A DNA stretch of 64,000 nucleotides from Bacillota bacterium (GTDB taxonomy: Bacteria > Bacillota > Sulfobacillia > Sulfobacillales > JAIMBI01). Each line of letters starts with the position of its first letter. The stretch's first letter is position 1. The notes under the pieces are model-generated. The model was not told the origin of the DNA. It saw only the letters and a list, made by a program, of their open reading frames with translations, and searched no databases. Positions 60,566 through 64,000 of the stretch are shown one piece after another. A program made the translations under genes and the position numbers. The stretch spans positions 35,973 to 99,972 of the forward strand of contig JAJZYZ010000001.1 of assembly GCA_021797815.1 (NCBI GenBank), given 5' to 3'.

Positions 60566-61278
60566 ATCAGTTCCTGTGGGTCATCTATCCGTATCTCGCT
60601 CTCACTCTCATGATTGTGGGAAGCCTCTACCGGTACGCGCACAACCCCATGAGCTGGAGCGCCCGCTCAAGCGAGCTCTTGGAGAAGCGCTGGCTGAAGT
60701 GGGGGAGTCTTTTGTTTCACTGGGGCATCCTGCTGGTCATCGCGGGCCACGTCGTCGGCCTGTTGGTGCCGCTCGGGGTGTATCAGGCCATCGGGATTTC
60801 CGCCTCTTTCTATCACACCAACGCGGACATACTGGGAGGCCTTGCGGGGTTCATGACATGGGTCGGTCTCGCCATCCTGCTTCTGAGGCGGCTCGGCAAT
60901 GCACGCGTACGGCGCAATTCGAGTCTGTCGGACTTCGTGGCGCTCGGCCTCCTGTTCATCGTGGTCACGAGCGGCGACTATGTGACCCTGGTGCGCAACA
61001 CCCTGCTCGGTCCCTACGAATATCGGGCGACCGTCGGTCCCTGGCTTCGCGGACTTCTGGTGCTGCACCCGGACGCGGCGCTCATGGCGCATGTGCCGGC
61101 GGCGTTCCAGGTGCATATCATCCTGGCCTTTCTGCTGTTCGCCGTGTCCCCCTTCACCCGCCTCGTGCACATCTGGAGCATCCCCCTGGCATATCTGCGC
61201 CGGGCGCCCATCCAGTACCGCGACCGGGCGCAGTACCGCACCCGTGCAGCATCTGACGGCGATCGGGAGGTTCTATAG
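60562..61278 (+). CDS. narI: Respiratory nitrate reductase gamma (cytochrome b) subunit
   Basis: WVIYPYL, SSELLE, GSLLFHWG...GHVVGLL, FQVH, PFTRLVHIWS. Confidence 0.96.
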   Translation: MNQFLWVIYPYLALTLMIVGSLYRYAHNPMSWSARSSELLEKRWLKWGSLLFHWGILLVIAGHVVGLLVPLGVYQAIGISASFYHTNADILGGLAGFMTWVGLAILLLRRLGNARVRRNSSLSDFVALGLLFIVVTSGDYVTLVRNTLLGPYEYRATVGPWLRGLLVLHPDAALMAHVPAAFQVHIILAFLLFAVSPFTRLVHIWSIPLAYLRRAPIQYRDRAQYRTRAASDGDREVL

Positions 61279-61314
61279 GCGCCGCGTTCCCGTTGACGGA
61301 CGCACAGCTCTTGG

Positions 61315-63099
61315 TCAGCGCACCAGCGGAAACAGCACCGGCGCAATGAGGACGGTCAGGACCCACATGATGGCGCTCAGGGGAATGCCGATTTTGAGAA
61401 AATCCTGGTATCGGTAGCGTCCGGGCCCCATGGCCATGATGAAGACTTTGTTGGCCAGTGGTGTCAGCGGGGCTGCGGACAGGGCCACAATCATCGCGAT
61501 GATGAGGGCGTCCGGCGACCAGTGGTTGGCCGACGCCATCGAGATGGCAAGCGGTGACAGGACCAGCGCCGCCGCCACATTGCTGATGACCTGGGTCAGG
61601 AGCGCGGCCAGCCCGAAGAAGATGGCCAGTACGGCGTAGGGGCCGAAGGATCCGACCGCGTGCAACAGGAAATGCGCGAGCCCTGCCGTGACTCCGGTGC
61701 GGGTGAGCGCCAGGCTTAACGGGGTGACCCCGCCTACCAGCATGATGATCCGCCAGTCGACGGCGCGGTACGCGTGGTCCAGCGACAGGATGCCTGTGCC
61801 CACCAGTATTCCGATCCCGACGGCCGCCGCCACCTGGATGGCGAGAAAATTGAAAGCCGCCATGAGCAGCACGCCAACCACCACCGCCACCGCGATGAGA
61901 CTCTTGTGAGGGAGCGCCGGCGCCGCCTGCTCGACATCGGCGAACACGAGCAGATCGTCGCTGTTCTGAAGGCGCGAGATGGATTCCGGCGTGCCCATCA
62001 CCAGCAGGATGTCGCCTGCCTGAATCGGTATTCTGGGCAGTTCCCGCACCCGCGTGACCCCCTGGCGCAGGATGGCCAGGACCGTCGGCCCGTAACGGAC
62101 GCGGAAGTTGATGTCGCGAAGCGAGTGGTTGACCAGACGCGAGCGCTGGGGGACCATCGCCTCCACCACCCGGACATGCTCACTGCGCAGCCGCACGGCC
62201 GTGGAGTCGCCCGTCAACTCGAAGCCGTCTTCCGGGGTCATGTCCACGATGGCCGACACGTCTCCCTGCACGACCAGCCGGTCACCGGCCTGAAGTTTCA
62301 CCCGCCCGCCCGGGACCATCGGCGGATGCCCCTCCCGAATGATGCGCAAGACGGTGAGCGAGTGGGTGCGAAGATACGGAACGTCCTGGAGCACATGGCC
62401 GATAACCGGGGATTCGTCGCCTACCCACAGTTCGCTTAGATAGCTCTTGACCTCGTGGTAGTTGCTGAAAAACTCGGCGTCGCCGCCGGAGTTCTGGTCA
62501 GGCAGCAGTCGGACGCCCCACCAGCGCATGAAGATAAAGCCCGCCGCGACCAGAATGGCGCCCAGCGGGGTGATACCAAAGAGCGGGATGGGGTGGTAGT
62601 GCTTGGAGGCCAGGGCCGCGTTGCCAATGATGTTGCCGGCCGAGCCCACCATGCTCAGCAGACCGCCCAGGGCGATCGCAAACGCCAGCGGCATCAACAG
62701 GCGATGGAGAGACAGCTTGAGGCGCTGGCCCATGCGGACCATGGTCGGCAGCAAGATGCTCATGAGCCCGACGTCCGACACGAACGTGGAGGGAATGGGC
62801 GGCAGCGTCAGGAGCGCTGTCAGAAGAGGCGCCTCGCCCCGCCGACCCAGGCGCTCGAACCACTGTGCCATGATCTCGGTGGCCCCGGACCGCCGGAGCC
62901 CTTCTCCCAGCACAAACATCTCGGCCAGAATGATGGCGGCATAAGAGCTGAATCCGGAGAACAGCTGCCCGGTCGGAATCAGACCGAACACACCGACCAG
63001 CGACAGCGCCACGACTCCTACGAGGTCGATGCGGACGCGTCCCGAGACCAGAAGGACAATGACCACCAGTAAGATGCCGACTGCCATGACTGCCTGCAT
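61315..63099 (-). CDS. SLC13/DASS-like permease with two TrkA-C domains
   Basis: FSGFS, LLMPLAFA...GGLLSMVGSAGN, two RCK-C segments (LQAGDRL, IQAGDIL), ISNVAAA, GPGRYRYQDFLKIG. Confidence 0.9.
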   Translation of the reverse strand: MQAVMAVGILLVVIVLLVSGRVRIDLVGVVALSLVGVFGLIPTGQLFSGFSSYAAIILAEMFVLGEGLRRSGATEIMAQWFERLGRRGEAPLLTALLTLPPIPSTFVSDVGLMSILLPTMVRMGQRLKLSLHRLLMPLAFAIALGGLLSMVGSAGNIIGNAALASKHYHPIPLFGITPLGAILVAAGFIFMRWWGVRLLPDQNSGGDAEFFSNYHEVKSYLSELWVGDESPVIGHVLQDVPYLRTHSLTVLRIIREGHPPMVPGGRVKLQAGDRLVVQGDVSAIVDMTPEDGFELTGDSTAVRLRSEHVRVVEAMVPQRSRLVNHSLRDINFRVRYGPTVLAILRQGVTRVRELPRIPIQAGDILLVMGTPESISRLQNSDDLLVFADVEQAAPALPHKSLIAVAVVVGVLLMAAFNFLAIQVAAAVGIGILVGTGILSLDHAYRAVDWRIIMLVGGVTPLSLALTRTGVTAGLAHFLLHAVGSFGPYAVLAIFFGLAALLTQVISNVAAALVLSPLAISMASANHWSPDALIIAMIVALSAAPLTPLANKVFIMAMGPGRYRYQDFLKIGIPLSAIMWVLTVLIAPVLFPLVR

Positions 63100-63620
63100 G
63101 TGACCTCCCGGGGCGCCGCCGTGCATGCGCTGGATTGATCCGGACGCCGTAGAAGCCGATCAAGATAAGAGCCGTTCCTCGTCTCAGCCGCCGCACCCGT
63201 CGTCCTGAGCGGCGCCGGCACGGACGTCTTTGCGCCTTTAGTCCCTGGGGGCGGAGCCGGCGCCGCTCCATCTGAACGCCTGCGCCAGAGCGGCGCGGTG
63301 ACATTCACCCCTCCCTATACGTTCGGAACCGGCTCGGTTTTGTATGGTGTCTCGACTCTCCCTGACGGTCGCTGAGGGGGCGGTGCGCAGATGACCGGAG
63401 CGATGGGTGCAAAACCGAAGACGCCCTCGCGGGGAGTGAAGGAGGCAGCGGCCCCGGACCCGCCAAGGACGGGCAGGGACGTCTTGGCTATCCGCGATGG
63501 TGGTGGCATGACGATGCGCGAGATGGGAGGATGAGAGCGCTGGTCTCGCGCACGCATCGACCAGACGCGACGCCACGACGCGATAATCCTGGAGAAACAG
63601 CGTTCGAAGGAGACGAGACC

Positions 63621-64000
63621 GTGCTGCTGGATCACCGAGCTTTTCGGCGTTTTGTAAATACGGTGGCCATCGTCGGGGTGGCCGTCGGCGATGTTGTCAA
63701 TGCCATGGCGGCGGAGTGGGCGACGCCCGTATCTATCGAGCCGCGCCTGCTGGGAGTGTATGTCGGTGACACGCGATACACGGGAGAGCTTATGGAGCAG
63801 ACCGAAGTCTTTGGCATCAGCCTCCTGAGCGAGGAGCAGGCGCAGCTGGCGCATCTTCTGGGCAGCTGGAGTGGGCGCGAACTCAACAAGGCCGCCGAAG
63901 TCGGCTCCGGGTTCGAATGGGGAGCCGTGGAGCATGTGCCTCTCATCCGCGGCGCCCAGGCGCAGTACGAATGCCGGGTCCACAGCCGGACGGTGCTGGG
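63621..64000 (+). CDS. Flavin reductase-like (DIM6/NTAB) protein, truncated by the window end
   Basis: GTG after AAGGAG. My translation: NAMAAEWATPVSIEPRLL...FGISLLSEEQ...GSWSGRELNK...PLIRGAQAQYECRV. No stop before 64000, so it is absent from the ORF track. Confidence 0.82.
   Translation, partial: MLLDHRAFRRFVNTVAIVGVAVGDVVNAMAAEWATPVSIEPRLLGVYVGDTRYTGELMEQTEVFGISLLSEEQAQLAHLLGSWSGRELNKAAEVGSGFEWGAVEHVPLIRGAQAQYECRVHSRTVL

Noticed and set aside
63315-63983. 222-aa minus-strand ORF, and a possible 47-aa plus-strand ORF from 63391
   Set aside because: The first is antisense to the truncated flavin reductase; the second has no recognisable features or support.

Overview
High-GC bacterial chromosomal window. 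Strong AGGAGG-type RBSs, many lipoproteins, Bacillus-type Fnr/Crp boxes and a Gram-positive-style narGHJI suggest a high-GC Bacillota; this taxonomy is inference only. I saw no rRNA, tRNA or CRISPR array. The left two-thirds (1-41 kb) is an accessory mosaic: an APH-fold putative pseudokinase translationally coupled to a 2-ATPase/2-permease ABC exporter; an ECF sigma/RskA-type anti-sigma pair with a divergent secreted target; three more APH-family genes; several Asp-box and other lipoproteins; a putative PHB/3-hydroxybutyrate mobilisation module whose TauE transporter appears to start at ATC; a lone sqdB; a NodIJ-like ABC pair; an S10 peptidase; a 54-bp-repeat coiled-coil membrane protein; an ArsI/CadI gene followed by a Cys-rich SgrR_N-type regulator; and a complete IS1380 element (35017-36693, CTAA duplication) with a frameshifted start. 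The right third is a respiratory island: a DosS/DosR-like two-component system divergent from a form I aerobic CO dehydrogenase cluster (coxMSL, XdhC-YHS, coxG, coxD, coxE), an amino-acid dehydrogenase, a TDT/SLAC1-family channel divergent (two Fnr boxes) from hemerythrin-small ORF-narGHJI, an SLC13 permease and a truncated flavin reductase. Best candidates for undescribed systems: the heme-GAF sensor with a natural Tyr-to-Phe distal change facing the CODH operon; ArsI plus the Cys-rich SgrR_N regulator; the APH pseudokinase/ABC operon; and a CO-to-nitrate island with a TDT channel where NarK would be expected. All family calls come from motif recognition by eye; no searches were run.
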